Virus record (IMG/VR): IMGVR_UViG_3300021400_000097
From: a virus
DNA: 58,464 nt
Strand: one strand, 5' to 3'
Part shown: positions 17,904-25,886 of the stretch, one piece after another
How positions within the stretch are numbered: position 1 is the stretch's first letter
How the letters are laid out: each line of letters begins with the position of its first letter
Program-made: the position numbers and the translations under genes
Notes under the pieces: generated by a model
Told to the model about the DNA's origin: nothing
Seen by the model: the letters and a program-made list of their open reading frames with translations, nothing else
Databases searched by the model: none

Positions 17904-18128
17904 TTAAGAAAATAATTCATCGGCTGGAACACCCAGCTCCTTAGAAATAATCGAGAGTTTCAGGGCATCTGGCTTTTGGGTGCCATATACCCAGCAGCGT
18001 ACCGTCTGCTCTGATACCATACAGATCTTAGCCAGACGCTCAATCCACACCGTTTTTGGTGCTCTACCAGCCCTGGCTGGCAGTGAATCGTAGATTTCTC
18101 TAAATTTGCTCTTTGCCATTTTTAACAT
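17904..18128 (-). CDS. Cro-like HTH regulator
   Basis: The track start (18176) is TTG and lies upstream of the -7 box. ATG candidates are at 18128 and 18119 (MLKMAKSKFREIY). HTH-like segment ERLAKICMVSEQTVRCWVYG. Divergent from the CI-like gene. Confidence 0.6.
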   Translation of the reverse strand: MLKMAKSKFREIYDSLPARAGRAPKTVWIERLAKICMVSEQTVRCWVYGTQKPDALKLSIISKELGVPADELFS

Positions 18129-18290
18129 ATTATTTCTGTGTTTTACAAACATATTTTTGTATATTTGTGCCCACAATGTTACTTATTCGAGTGCAAATAT
18201 ACAACAAATTGTATTACCACCAAAACATTTAAGACAGAAAGTGTATTATTTTAACGATTTTTAAGACAGTATTGTATTGTAACGTGTTTT
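18129..18290. promoter_or_regulatory. Divergent lysis/lysogeny switch region
   Basis: Lies between the Cro-like (-) and CI-like (+) genes. The leftward -7 box TAtgTTTG (18146-18153) overlaps the one-mismatch palindrome TGTGTT-N5-AACAtA (18137-18153). Direct repeats of TAAGACAG(AAAG) at 18230-18241, 18262-18269 and 18296-18307. Confidence 0.6.
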
Positions 18291-18701
18291 ATGGATAAGA
18301 CAGAAAGATTCAGTAAGGCGTATATGTATTTACAGAATATGGGTACATTCCGCAACCAGACAGATGCAGGGAAAAAGAGTGGGCAATCTCGCTCCAATAT
18401 CTCAGCAGCACTTAATGGAAAGGAAAGCATCTTAACAGATAGCTTTCTGAGAAAATTCAATAAGGCTTTTGGTAGTATTTTCTCTGATGAGTGGCTTATT
18501 GATGGAATAGGTGAAATGCTTAAATATCCAGAAATTAGCACCCCTATAGTAAACAACCAGGTAGGAAATGGTAATCACTTTAATAGTGATATGACAGTAA
18601 ACCAGTTTATGGTTGAGCTTGCAGCCCAAAGAAAGCTCACAGAGAAAGCACAGGAGCAAATGGATAGACTTATTACAATAATCGAAAAACTAAAGAGCTG
18701 A
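18291..18701 (+). CDS. CI-like repressor candidate (HTH)
   Basis: 136 aa. The N-terminus FRNQTDAGKKSGQSRSNISAALNG is HTH-like. First gene of the rightward operon that ends before the integrase. Confidence 0.6.
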   Translation: MDKTERFSKAYMYLQNMGTFRNQTDAGKKSGQSRSNISAALNGKESILTDSFLRKFNKAFGSIFSDEWLIDGIGEMLKYPEISTPIVNNQVGNGNHFNSDMTVNQFMVELAAQRKLTEKAQEQMDRLITIIEKLKS

Positions 18702-18702
18702 T

Positions 18703-18885
18703 ATGGAAAGGTACTACAGAATGGTGATCGAGCTATACAAGCAGATCGTGAAAGATGGAATTGTGGATCATAGCAGGATCCTGGAGGTAAAGAAAGCTAT
18801 TGCAAGCGCACAGACTGAGGCAAAGATCTTAGGAAAGCCCCAGGAGGCGTTTACTCAGTTAATGGATGATATTAGAGAGCTATGA
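18703..18885 (+). CDS. Hypothetical protein (60 aa)
   Basis: ATG start 1 nt after the upstream stop, and a 4-nt overlap with the next gene. Confidence 0.5.
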   Translation: MERYYRMVIELYKQIVKDGIVDHSRILEVKKAIASAQTEAKILGKPQEAFTQLMDDIREL

Positions 18886-19280
18886 GAAAGGTTTTATATC
18901 TACTGGCTATCCTTGCTCTTACTGGTTGCAAGGAAAAATACGAAAGGGTGATAGACAGATACCTGGAGGATCACCTGAAAGATCCATCCAGCTACCAGAA
19001 CGTGGAGATAGGTAAGCCTGGTATCATTACTCCAATGAGTAAGGCTTTCGTTGAGACTGTCAGCCGTGCAAAGGCTGGAGAGTTTCCGATGGATAGTGTC
19101 AATGCAAAGCTGGCTCAGATCAAAGCATACTACATCAGCCAGGGAATAAATCCGTATGACACCCTGGGATGGAGCGTATCACACAGGTACAGGGCAAAAA
19201 ACTCCTTTGGTGCTACTGAGCTGGTGGAGGTCGAATATACTTTTGATAAGAATTTGGAACGAATAACAGAGACGAAATGA
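18882..19280 (+). CDS. Lipoprotein (prophage-expressed; superinfection-exclusion candidate)
   Basis: 132 aa. Signal peptide with lipobox: MRKVLYLLAILALTGC. Confidence 0.65.
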   Translation: MRKVLYLLAILALTGCKEKYERVIDRYLEDHLKDPSSYQNVEIGKPGIITPMSKAFVETVSRAKAGEFPMDSVNAKLAQIKAYYISQGINPYDTLGWSVSHRYRAKNSFGATELVEVEYTFDKNLERITETK

Positions 19281-19543
19281 ATACAATGGCTACAAAGAAC
19301 GTGATGGAGCGTTTCTACAGTGCACTGGATGCCATCATAGCCAAAGGTGACATCAGAGGTGTAAACACGTACTGTAGGCTCTATGAGATTGACAGGAGGA
19401 ATTTCCTGGCTCAGAGAAAGGATCTGGATAGAGGCTGGTTTCAGGTTTCCTGGCTGTGCCCTATGGTGAAAGAATACGGTGTTAGTGCAGAATGGCTACT
19501 GACAGGATCAGGCAGGATGTTCAAGAAACAGGAAAAAGAATGA
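19277..19543 (+). CDS. HTH DNA-binding protein (88 aa)
   Basis: ATGA overlap with the lipoprotein gene. The C-terminal motif AEWLLTGSGRMF is common in Bacteroidota XRE-like regulators (recalled, not searched). Confidence 0.55.
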   Translation: MNTMATKNVMERFYSALDAIIAKGDIRGVNTYCRLYEIDRRNFLAQRKDLDRGWFQVSWLCPMVKEYGVSAEWLLTGSGRMFKKQEKE

Positions 19544-19639
19544 TATGTTACTAAAGTATGGATCTCTGATAGACAAAGAAATAATTTCTTGCTAATCCTT
19601 GCTAATCCTTGCAATTTTTTGCAAAACTTTCAAGAATTT

Positions 19640-19670
19640 GCCCATCTTAACCAGGTGGGCATTTCTTTTG
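19640..19670 (+). terminator. Rho-independent terminator candidate for the lysogeny operon
   Basis: Stem gcccatc / ggtgggc (7 bp including one G-U) with loop ttaacca, followed by atttctttt. Confidence 0.45.
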
Positions 19671-19777
19671 TTCTTTCCCCACACCCCTATTTCATATACA
19701 CATTCTTTCTCTTTTATATATTTTCTCTTATTCTTATTATATATAATATATATACCCCCAGATAACTTACATTTAAT

Positions 19778-20070
19778 TTTGCTTAGGCAAACGGCTTTTT
19801 TTGCTTAGGCAAAATGAAAAAAATTAGTCTTGATTATCAGATAGTTATGATTTTTGCTTAGGCAAACGGCTTTTTTTGCTTAGGCAAAATAAATTTTGCT
19901 TAGGCAAAAGTGCAAGCAAAACGTAAGCAAAATGGTAAGCAAAATTAAAGCAAAATACGTTTGCTTAGGCAAATTAGAAATTTTGCTTAGGCAAAATGAA
20001 AAATTTGCTATCTGATTATTAGATACTTACAAAATTTGCTTAGGCAAAACATTATTTTTGCTTAGGCAAA
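19778..20070. repeat. Array of 9 exact, same-orientation copies of TTTGCTTAGGCAAA, plus 4 phased AAGCAAAA half-sites
   Basis: 12-mer cores start at 19779, 19801, 19854, 19876, 19896, 19961, 19983, 20036 and 20058 (spacings 22-53-22-20-65-22-53-22). Half-sites at 19914, 19925, 19937 and 19948. The last copy lies inside the 3' end of int. Confidence 0.85.
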
Positions 20071-21323
20071 ATTGGATCCTTGAAACACCTCTTTATCTTC
20101 ACCAGGTTAAGAACTTTCCTGTTGGCTTTATCTATAGGATCCCAGCTCTTTCTGATATAGGTATCTGTGATCTTCGTCTCATCATCCACATGGTTGAGGG
20201 CTGTGTGTACAGTCCACTTATCCACTCCAGCATCATTCTGTGCTATGGTTGCCCAGGTGTGTCTGGCAGAATAGAAATCCAGCTTATCCATCCCCAGATC
20301 CTCAGCAATCTTTTTCATGCCATAACCGATAGCCTTATGTATGGTGCTCATAGAGGAATACATCCTGTAGAACTTGAACACTCTCTTACCAGACGGATCT
20401 CTGTACTTATCAACCAGCTCCTGGATCTCAGGCTGGATCTTGATGGAGATCCTGGCACGATCAGCCCTCCTGTTTTTGGTTTTGGTACGCTCATAGGTGA
20501 TCCTACCTCCTTTGCAGTCCTCGCAGTAGTACATATCCACCAGATTCATTCCCACCAGTCCAAAGCTCAGTATAAACAGATCCAGGGCAAAGTTGTACCT
20601 GTTAGTGTTAGGGTACTGGCTGGTGATGTAAGGCAGATCCAGCAGCTTTCTCATCTGTTCCAGGGTAAGAGCCCTTTTCTCTGGCACTGGCTCCTTTGGC
20701 AGATCTATATGTGAGAAAGGAGAGTTTGGGATCCTGATCACTCCAGCATCCTCATCATTGAACTCCTTTTTTGCCATGTTATGAATTGCCCTCAGCTTTG
20801 AAAGATAGTTGTGAGGCGCAAACCCTTTCGTGCATCTACCCTTATCCAGGATCCAGTCAGCCCATGATCGGAGCATCTTAACAGTCACCTCCTTAATGCT
20901 AACCTTATCCCTACCCAGGAACTTGATAAGGCTGTTTATAGCCACCAGGTAGGTCTGGGCGTTACCATCATGCCCTGTTTCCTGGAGCCTCCTGATATGC
21001 TGCCTGGTGTACTCGACAATATCCAGATCCCAGTGCTCCTCCAGAGGCTTTTCAATGAAAGCCACCACCTCATCAACGGTCATACCCTTAATCCTGGTAC
21101 CCAGCTGATCACACCTGTAGCGGTACTGCCTGATAAGATCCTCTGTCATATCAATGTACCTCTGGTTTTTCAGTTTCAGTGATCTGGTAAGATCATCCTT
21201 TGTCACGTACCAGGGAGTAGCCAGGTATCTCTTACGCTGGTTTTGCGTTACTCTGATCTTGATGTTATAAGTGCCATCAGCCTTTTTCTGATGGGCATAC
21301 ACCTCTGCCTTGAATGTTGCCAT
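20052..21323 (-). CDS. int: Tyrosine recombinase / phage integrase
   Basis: 423 aa. The C-terminal catalytic region has SARHTWATIA and LNHVDDETKITDTYI. SAM-like N-terminal domain. Confidence 0.85.
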   Translation of the reverse strand: MATFKAEVYAHQKKADGTYNIKIRVTQNQRKRYLATPWYVTKDDLTRSLKLKNQRYIDMTEDLIRQYRYRCDQLGTRIKGMTVDEVVAFIEKPLEEHWDLDIVEYTRQHIRRLQETGHDGNAQTYLVAINSLIKFLGRDKVSIKEVTVKMLRSWADWILDKGRCTKGFAPHNYLSKLRAIHNMAKKEFNDEDAGVIRIPNSPFSHIDLPKEPVPEKRALTLEQMRKLLDLPYITSQYPNTNRYNFALDLFILSFGLVGMNLVDMYYCEDCKGGRITYERTKTKNRRADRARISIKIQPEIQELVDKYRDPSGKRVFKFYRMYSSMSTIHKAIGYGMKKIAEDLGMDKLDFYSARHTWATIAQNDAGVDKWTVHTALNHVDDETKITDTYIRKSWDPIDKANRKVLNLVKIKRCFKDPILPKQK

Positions 21324-21410
21324 TTTGCTGCCTGTAGAATTATTGTAGAACTTTCCGCAGCAAAATTACATAAAATTTGCGGATTTTGATTGTTTATTTT
21401 TGGAAAATTG

Positions 21411-21482
21411 TACCCCCGATGAGAATCGAACTCATATCTCAGCTTTAGGAGAGCCGTGTTCTATCCATTGAACTACAAGGGC
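21411..21482 (-). tRNA. tRNA-Arg(CCT): tRNA-Arg (anticodon CCT)
   Basis: Hand-folded cloverleaf: GCCCTTG TA GTTC AATGGATA GAAC A CGGCT CTCCTAA AGCTG AGAT ATGAG TTCGATT CTCAT CGGGGGT A. The acceptor stem has 3 G-U pairs. No encoded CCA. Confidence 0.7.
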
Positions 21483-21821
21483 TTAGAGCTATATCTAACT
21501 ATCTAAAAAATCTTTCTGTACCATACCACTGCCTCTGAATGTGGATAGAGCTTAGGAGAGACTGGTTACATACCATGATTCTCAGTTACTTACGAGGTTT
21601 TTCTACTTTTTTGTAGAATATTTGTAGCATTTCTGCTGATTTTGTGAAAAAAGCACCCCTCTCCAGGATCTGGATTAGGGTGCCAATGCAACACCGATGT
21701 TTCAGATCGGTGGTGCAAAGATACATACTTTTTCTGAATCATCCAAATTTACTGAGTAAAAAATAATCCGCACTGGCCTCACGGCTGGCACGGATCCACA
21801 GTATAGTAATTCTACAGAAAG

Positions 21822-22421
21822 CTATTTTTTCAGTTCAATGTACTCAGAGTAAACGATCCTGTTGTATGGATTCTTACTTACGATCTCCTGTCTGATAGCC
21901 TTGCAACCAAACCTGAAAAACAGGAAACGCTTAGGCACTCTGTGTACTATCTGTATGATTGTGTCGGTTGTATTTACTGATAGATTCACTTTCCCACTGT
22001 CTATTACTCCAGAGATCTTTGCCCACGGTGGATCATTCCAGGAGAATGTCTTTAGCGTATCTACCAGGTGAATCTCTGGCACATACCTGATACTGTCTTT
22101 GATGTCTGTCTGGATCTCTATATTACCAGTTGTGGCGGTCTGTGACACCGATTGCAGCCTTTTCAGCTTTATCCCCAGCGTCTTTGCCTCCTGGCACACA
22201 TCCTGGTAGTGCTTATCCAGCTCATTGTACGTCAGCTGTAGCCTGAGCACAGAGGCAGCACTTTCCCCAGCCTCTGTTTGGTACAGCCTCACCTTATCAA
22301 CCAGAGCCTCCTGGTTATCCTGGAGCCTCGTTTTCTCTTTGTTAGCCTCTACCAGGCTCTGTGCAAGAAAGGCACTGATAAGAAACAGTACCACGCACGT
22401 AATGATCAGATACTTTTTCAT
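21822..22421 (-). CDS. Membrane-anchored coiled-coil protein (spanin-like lysis accessory candidate)
   Basis: 199 aa. N-terminal TM segment MKKYLIITCVVLFLISAFLA. ATGA overlap with the endolysin gene. Confidence 0.55.
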   Translation of the reverse strand: MKKYLIITCVVLFLISAFLAQSLVEANKEKTRLQDNQEALVDKVRLYQTEAGESAASVLRLQLTYNELDKHYQDVCQEAKTLGIKLKRLQSVSQTATTGNIEIQTDIKDSIRYVPEIHLVDTLKTFSWNDPPWAKISGVIDSGKVNLSVNTTDTIIQIVHRVPKRFLFFRFGCKAIRQEIVSKNPYNRIVYSEYIELKK

Positions 22422-22981
22422 GCGAATTTAATTGTTTTAGGTGGAATGGTGTTAGTTGTGAGCGATCCGTACTGGATGCTATTCAGTCTCCTCAGCCATC
22501 CTTTCAGGAATTTGCTGTTAGCAGGCCTACTCACGCAAATATCTCTCAGGTATTGCTCTCTCCTTTTCTGGAGCTTAGCAAAGAACGTCTTAGGATCCTG
22601 TGCGTTCAAGGCAGCAAGTGTCTTTTCACCCACGATGCCATCAGCCTTTACACCCAGCATGGACTGAGGAATGGTAATACCGTACTTTCCGCTACCCCAT
22701 ACCCAATCTACCAGGGTGTTAGCAATAGACTGATCCAGGATCCTGTCACCTTTCCAGCGATTCCAGAAATTCTTTCTACAGATCTCCATAGCATCAGCTG
22801 GAGTGATCAGTTTCAGATCATCCACATCAATGTCACCATCACCATCCTTATCATAGCCCTGGGCTTTCCAGGTTGATATGGTGACACCGTATTTCGTGGC
22901 TCCTCCACGATCACCAGGAACATTAGCAAAGCCACCCTCCCAGCTCAGGATAAATGGCCACAGTGTTTCAATCTTACTCAT
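22418..22981 (-). CDS. Endolysin: GH108-type N-acetylmuramidase with a C-terminal peptidoglycan-binding domain
   Basis: 187 aa. The N-terminal motif LSWEGGFANVPGDRGGATKYGVT is characteristic of GH108. Confidence 0.8.
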   Translation of the reverse strand: MSKIETLWPFILSWEGGFANVPGDRGGATKYGVTISTWKAQGYDKDGDGDIDVDDLKLITPADAMEICRKNFWNRWKGDRILDQSIANTLVDWVWGSGKYGITIPQSMLGVKADGIVGEKTLAALNAQDPKTFFAKLQKRREQYLRDICVSRPANSKFLKGWLRRLNSIQYGSLTTNTIPPKTIKFA

Positions 22982-22982
22982 G

Positions 22983-23579
22983 TCAGCTATTCATTTTGTG
23001 ATAAAAGTCAAGTTTGATCCTATCATACACAGCCTGGACGTTGGTATAGCTCCTCCCATTGTTCTGCTTATCGGAATAAACCTCAGCCTCCACAACATCA
23101 GCCACCCAGTCCAGCCATTCAGGAGAGGTATATGATGAAAGCCTCTTACCCCTGTAGGTGTAATAGTCGAAACGGCTATTACGATCCTCATGCAAGTTGA
23201 TCAGCAGGGTACGGATCTTTTTCCTGGTACCCTCCCTATCCACAATGTGGTTTTCCTCACGTACCTTTTTTATTATACGGCATACCTTTTCAACAGCATA
23301 GTCAAAGTAGATACTGGACGTGTTTTTGATACGCAGCTGTGTTTCAGGTCGCAACCCCTCTGAAATGTCTGCCAGCATCTGGTTTTGGCTTTTCGTTTCC
23401 TCCAGCAGCTCATTCATTGTGGTTTTGTTGCTAACCAGCATATCATTGATGATGTTCTTAAACCATCTGAAACAGGCGATCATAAGTGCAGCAGCCAGTA
23501 CCAGGAAAAATGCAGCCGTAACTGCCATCATTCCTACATCGCCTATTGTCCTGGCTGTTTCCAAGCTATGCTCAACCAT
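22983..23579 (-). CDS. Single-pass membrane protein (holin-position candidate)
   Basis: The ATG at 23579 (MVEHSLETARTIGDVGMMAVTAAFFLVLAAALMIACF) overlaps the upstream stop by 8 nt. The longer track ORF is unlikely. Confidence 0.5.
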   Translation of the reverse strand: MVEHSLETARTIGDVGMMAVTAAFFLVLAAALMIACFRWFKNIINDMLVSNKTTMNELLEETKSQNQMLADISEGLRPETQLRIKNTSSIYFDYAVEKVCRIIKKVREENHIVDREGTRKKIRTLLINLHEDRNSRFDYYTYRGKRLSSYTSPEWLDWVADVVEAEVYSDKQNNGRSYTNVQAVYDRIKLDFYHKMNS

Positions 23580-23970
23580 TTCTTTGTCTTTTCCATTTAT
23601 TGCGCTTGTATGATTCAAAGTTTTCCCTATCCTCCTGGGTGATCTCCACTGATGGAGGGAATACCCTGAAACCATACATAGTGCCATATTTAACTACTTT
23701 GATTACAGCTCTCATGGGATAGTGTCTGCCAGGATTGGCAAATACATCTTTCACTTTCTTGCTGTCAGTGAAGAAAGCAGACTTACCATAACCCTCACCA
23801 TAAGCGATCAGGCATCTGGATCCGTTCTCTGTCTGCCTCTCTGGATCACACCCTGTAAACACCGTTACCTGGTTGATAACAGCATCAATGGATGTAAACT
23901 CACAGTCGAAAATGTCAGCTTTGCCCTGGCTTACACTATCATCCACAAAATCAACGATCTCCTGTGCCAT
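23572..23970 (-). CDS. Hypothetical protein (132 aa)
   Basis: ATG start overlapping the upstream stop (TAATG). Confidence 0.55.
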   Translation of the reverse strand: MAQEIVDFVDDSVSQGKADIFDCEFTSIDAVINQVTVFTGCDPERQTENGSRCLIAYGEGYGKSAFFTDSKKVKDVFANPGRHYPMRAVIKVVKYGTMYGFRVFPPSVEITQEDRENFESYKRNKWKRQRNG

Positions 23971-24395
23971 TACTCTACCTCTTTAAGATCCTTGCAATCC
24001 TCATCCACCATAGCACGCAGATCCAGCCTCTCATGGAGGAAAGCAATATAAGGAGCCTTAGCATCCTCAGGCAGCAGTCCAAGTACAGCACTGTTGTACT
24101 CGTTCTGTAGCTTGCTCTCAGTGTTGGCTGGGTACTTAGCGGTAAGCAGCGTAGAATAGATGTTATCGGCAGTCTTTGGATATTCAACCCTCAGGCTGTC
24201 ATACTGCCACATGGTACCTGTAGCTTTCTCTGGATCGTCAGTAACAGTGATGTTGCCATCCTTATCCACGATCACCAGCACCTCCTTGATATTGTGATTG
24301 TAATGGATGGTGCCCTGGCCGTTATTCAGATCTTTGAATACTTCTGGCTTTTCGTTTGCCAGCAGGCCAATAAATAATACTTTACTTTTTTCCAT
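23970..24395 (-). CDS. Hypothetical acidic protein (141 aa)
   Basis: Its ATG start overlaps the 3' end of the RT gene by 14 nt. Confidence 0.55.
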   Translation of the reverse strand: MEKSKVLFIGLLANEKPEVFKDLNNGQGTIHYNHNIKEVLVIVDKDGNITVTDDPEKATGTMWQYDSLRVEYPKTADNIYSTLLTAKYPANTESKLQNEYNSAVLGLLPEDAKAPYIAFLHERLDLRAMVDEDCKDLKEVE

Positions 24396-25515
24396 TGCTT
24401 AAACATTTATTAAATATGAAATCACTGTGCTCCTTATCACATCTGATTATCCAGCCATACTCAGACGGAAACAGGTGCTTAATATCATCCTCATTACTGA
24501 TCTGGTATTTCTCCTTTGTCTTTTCCAGCTTTTTGTAGAATCTCAGCAGAATCCCCTTTCTCAGGAGTATTCCGTAATGATCCTGTTTGAATCCAACATA
24601 GTCTATACCACGATCATCAACTGGGAATATCTGCCAGTTCGGTTTGATCTCCACCTTTAGCACTGATCCCAGATAGAGCCCTAAGGCATCCAGGACGTAG
24701 TGCAGCCATTCCTTGCTCTCTCCCAGCACCACTATATCATCCATGTATCTGTAGTAGTACTTAACGCCCAGCTCCTCCTTTACCCAGTGGTCGAAATATG
24801 CCAGGTACAGATTAGCCAGGTACTGGCTGGTGAAATTGCCTATTGGCAGTCCTTTTTCCTTACCGTTGCTATCAATTATCTTATCCAACAGCCTCAGCAA
24901 ACTCTCATCGGCTATGCTATAGCGGATGATCTGTTTCAGCACTGAGTGATCCACATTGTCATAGAACTTTCGGATGTCGATTTTCAGGCAGTACCTGGTA
25001 CCGATCCGATCTTCTATCAGAGCCCTGTGTACATCCTCCATACATTTGTGGGTACCACGCCCTTTGATGCAAGCGTATGTGTTCGCTATGAATATGTGGT
25101 ACCAGTGAGGAGCCAGCACATTGATGATACAGTGGTGTATCACCCTGTCTGGAAAGAAAGGAGCTATCATTATATCCCTCTCCTTAGGATCAAAGATCTT
25201 TTTAGTCCTATATATTCCAGGCTCAAAGGTTTCCTCACTCAGGATCTCATACAGGGTAGCCAAGCAATCATTCAAATTGTCATTGAACGCCTTTACCTCA
25301 CCTCTGTTCTTTTTGCCCTTTTGGGCTGTGTACTGAGACTTGATCAGGTTTTCGGTACTATATACCAGCGGATATACATTCTTGATCTTCTTTACAGGAG
25401 AAATATAGATCTTTCCTGTGTTTCCGATATAGTAGCCTACATCCTCAAAATCATGGTACATTACAGAGACGTTATACTGGTTGGCATCAACTTTGGCTTT
25501 CTTCTTTTTCTCCAT
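24382..25515 (-). CDS. DGR reverse transcriptase
   Basis: The track ORF starts at a TTG (25533). The first ATG is at 25515 (MEKKKKAKV). RT motifs include YRYMDDIVVLG (YxDD) and the DGR-typical LPIGNFTSQYLANLYL. The TR lies immediately upstream. Confidence 0.9.
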   Translation of the reverse strand: MEKKKKAKVDANQYNVSVMYHDFEDVGYYIGNTGKIYISPVKKIKNVYPLVYSTENLIKSQYTAQKGKKNRGEVKAFNDNLNDCLATLYEILSEETFEPGIYRTKKIFDPKERDIMIAPFFPDRVIHHCIINVLAPHWYHIFIANTYACIKGRGTHKCMEDVHRALIEDRIGTRYCLKIDIRKFYDNVDHSVLKQIIRYSIADESLLRLLDKIIDSNGKEKGLPIGNFTSQYLANLYLAYFDHWVKEELGVKYYYRYMDDIVVLGESKEWLHYVLDALGLYLGSVLKVEIKPNWQIFPVDDRGIDYVGFKQDHYGILLRKGILLRFYKKLEKTKEKYQISNEDDIKHLFPSEYGWIIRCDKEHSDFIFNKCLSNGKK

Positions 25516-25662
25516 TTGTGTGCCGTTGCTCAATCAGGAGCTTTCAATTACTTACTCACACCTTACTGAATCACTATTGTTTTACCAACTGCCAGCAGTG
25601 CCAGCAGTCCCTGTGAGGTAGGGTTGCAGAGGTCTAACAGTTATTCTTGTTTTCAAGGAAAA

Positions 25663-25778
25663 CCACGGTAAAAGCGGAACCCAATATTCGCATTCGCATT
25701 CGAGGAACGATTATTCGCATTCAGATAACCGAAACCAGCATTCGCACCATTATTCGCATTCGCAGACAGGAGGGCACC
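25663..25778 (-). repeat. DGR template repeat (TR)
   Basis: Noncoding. The core 25673-25778 is co-linear with VR1 and VR2. The coding strand carries 22 adenines arranged as 10 AAT plus TAT plus ATT in the target reading frame. Confidence 0.9.
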
Positions 25779-25886
25779 TGACCTTGCAACCTTTTATTTT
25801 ATATTTTCAAAGAACTCTCTTTTTGAAAGGTGGGGAGGCAGCTTTTAGAAAAGCCACCGCCCACCGTGTTTTGCAGTCGTGGCGTT

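Noticed and set aside
19599-19808. 69-aa plus-strand ORF (TTG start) spanning the terminator, the pyrimidine-rich tract and the first repeat copies.
   Set aside because: It has a non-ATG start, a low-complexity Phe/Leu/Ile-rich product, and it runs through an obvious regulatory and repeat region.
19778-20070. Considered whether the TTTGCTTAGGCAAA array is a CRISPR array.
   Set aside because: The repeats are only 14 bp. The spacers are irregular (8-51 bp) and partly repeated themselves. There are no cas genes, and the array overlaps the int 3' end.
21750-21790. Possible terminator hairpin (ccgcactggcc tcac ggctggcacgg) after the lysis genes.
   Set aside because: On the minus-strand transcript the stem loses its G-U pairs (they become A-C mismatches). 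On the plus strand no T-run follows. The call is not convincing without folding energies.
23970-24395. Small ORFs next to the RT and target (23970..24395, 23572..23970, 27244..27537) as possible Avd.
   Set aside because: Their composition is acidic or mixed, not obviously an all-helical basic bundle. They are kept as hypothetical proteins, and the absence of Avd is reported as a finding to be tested.
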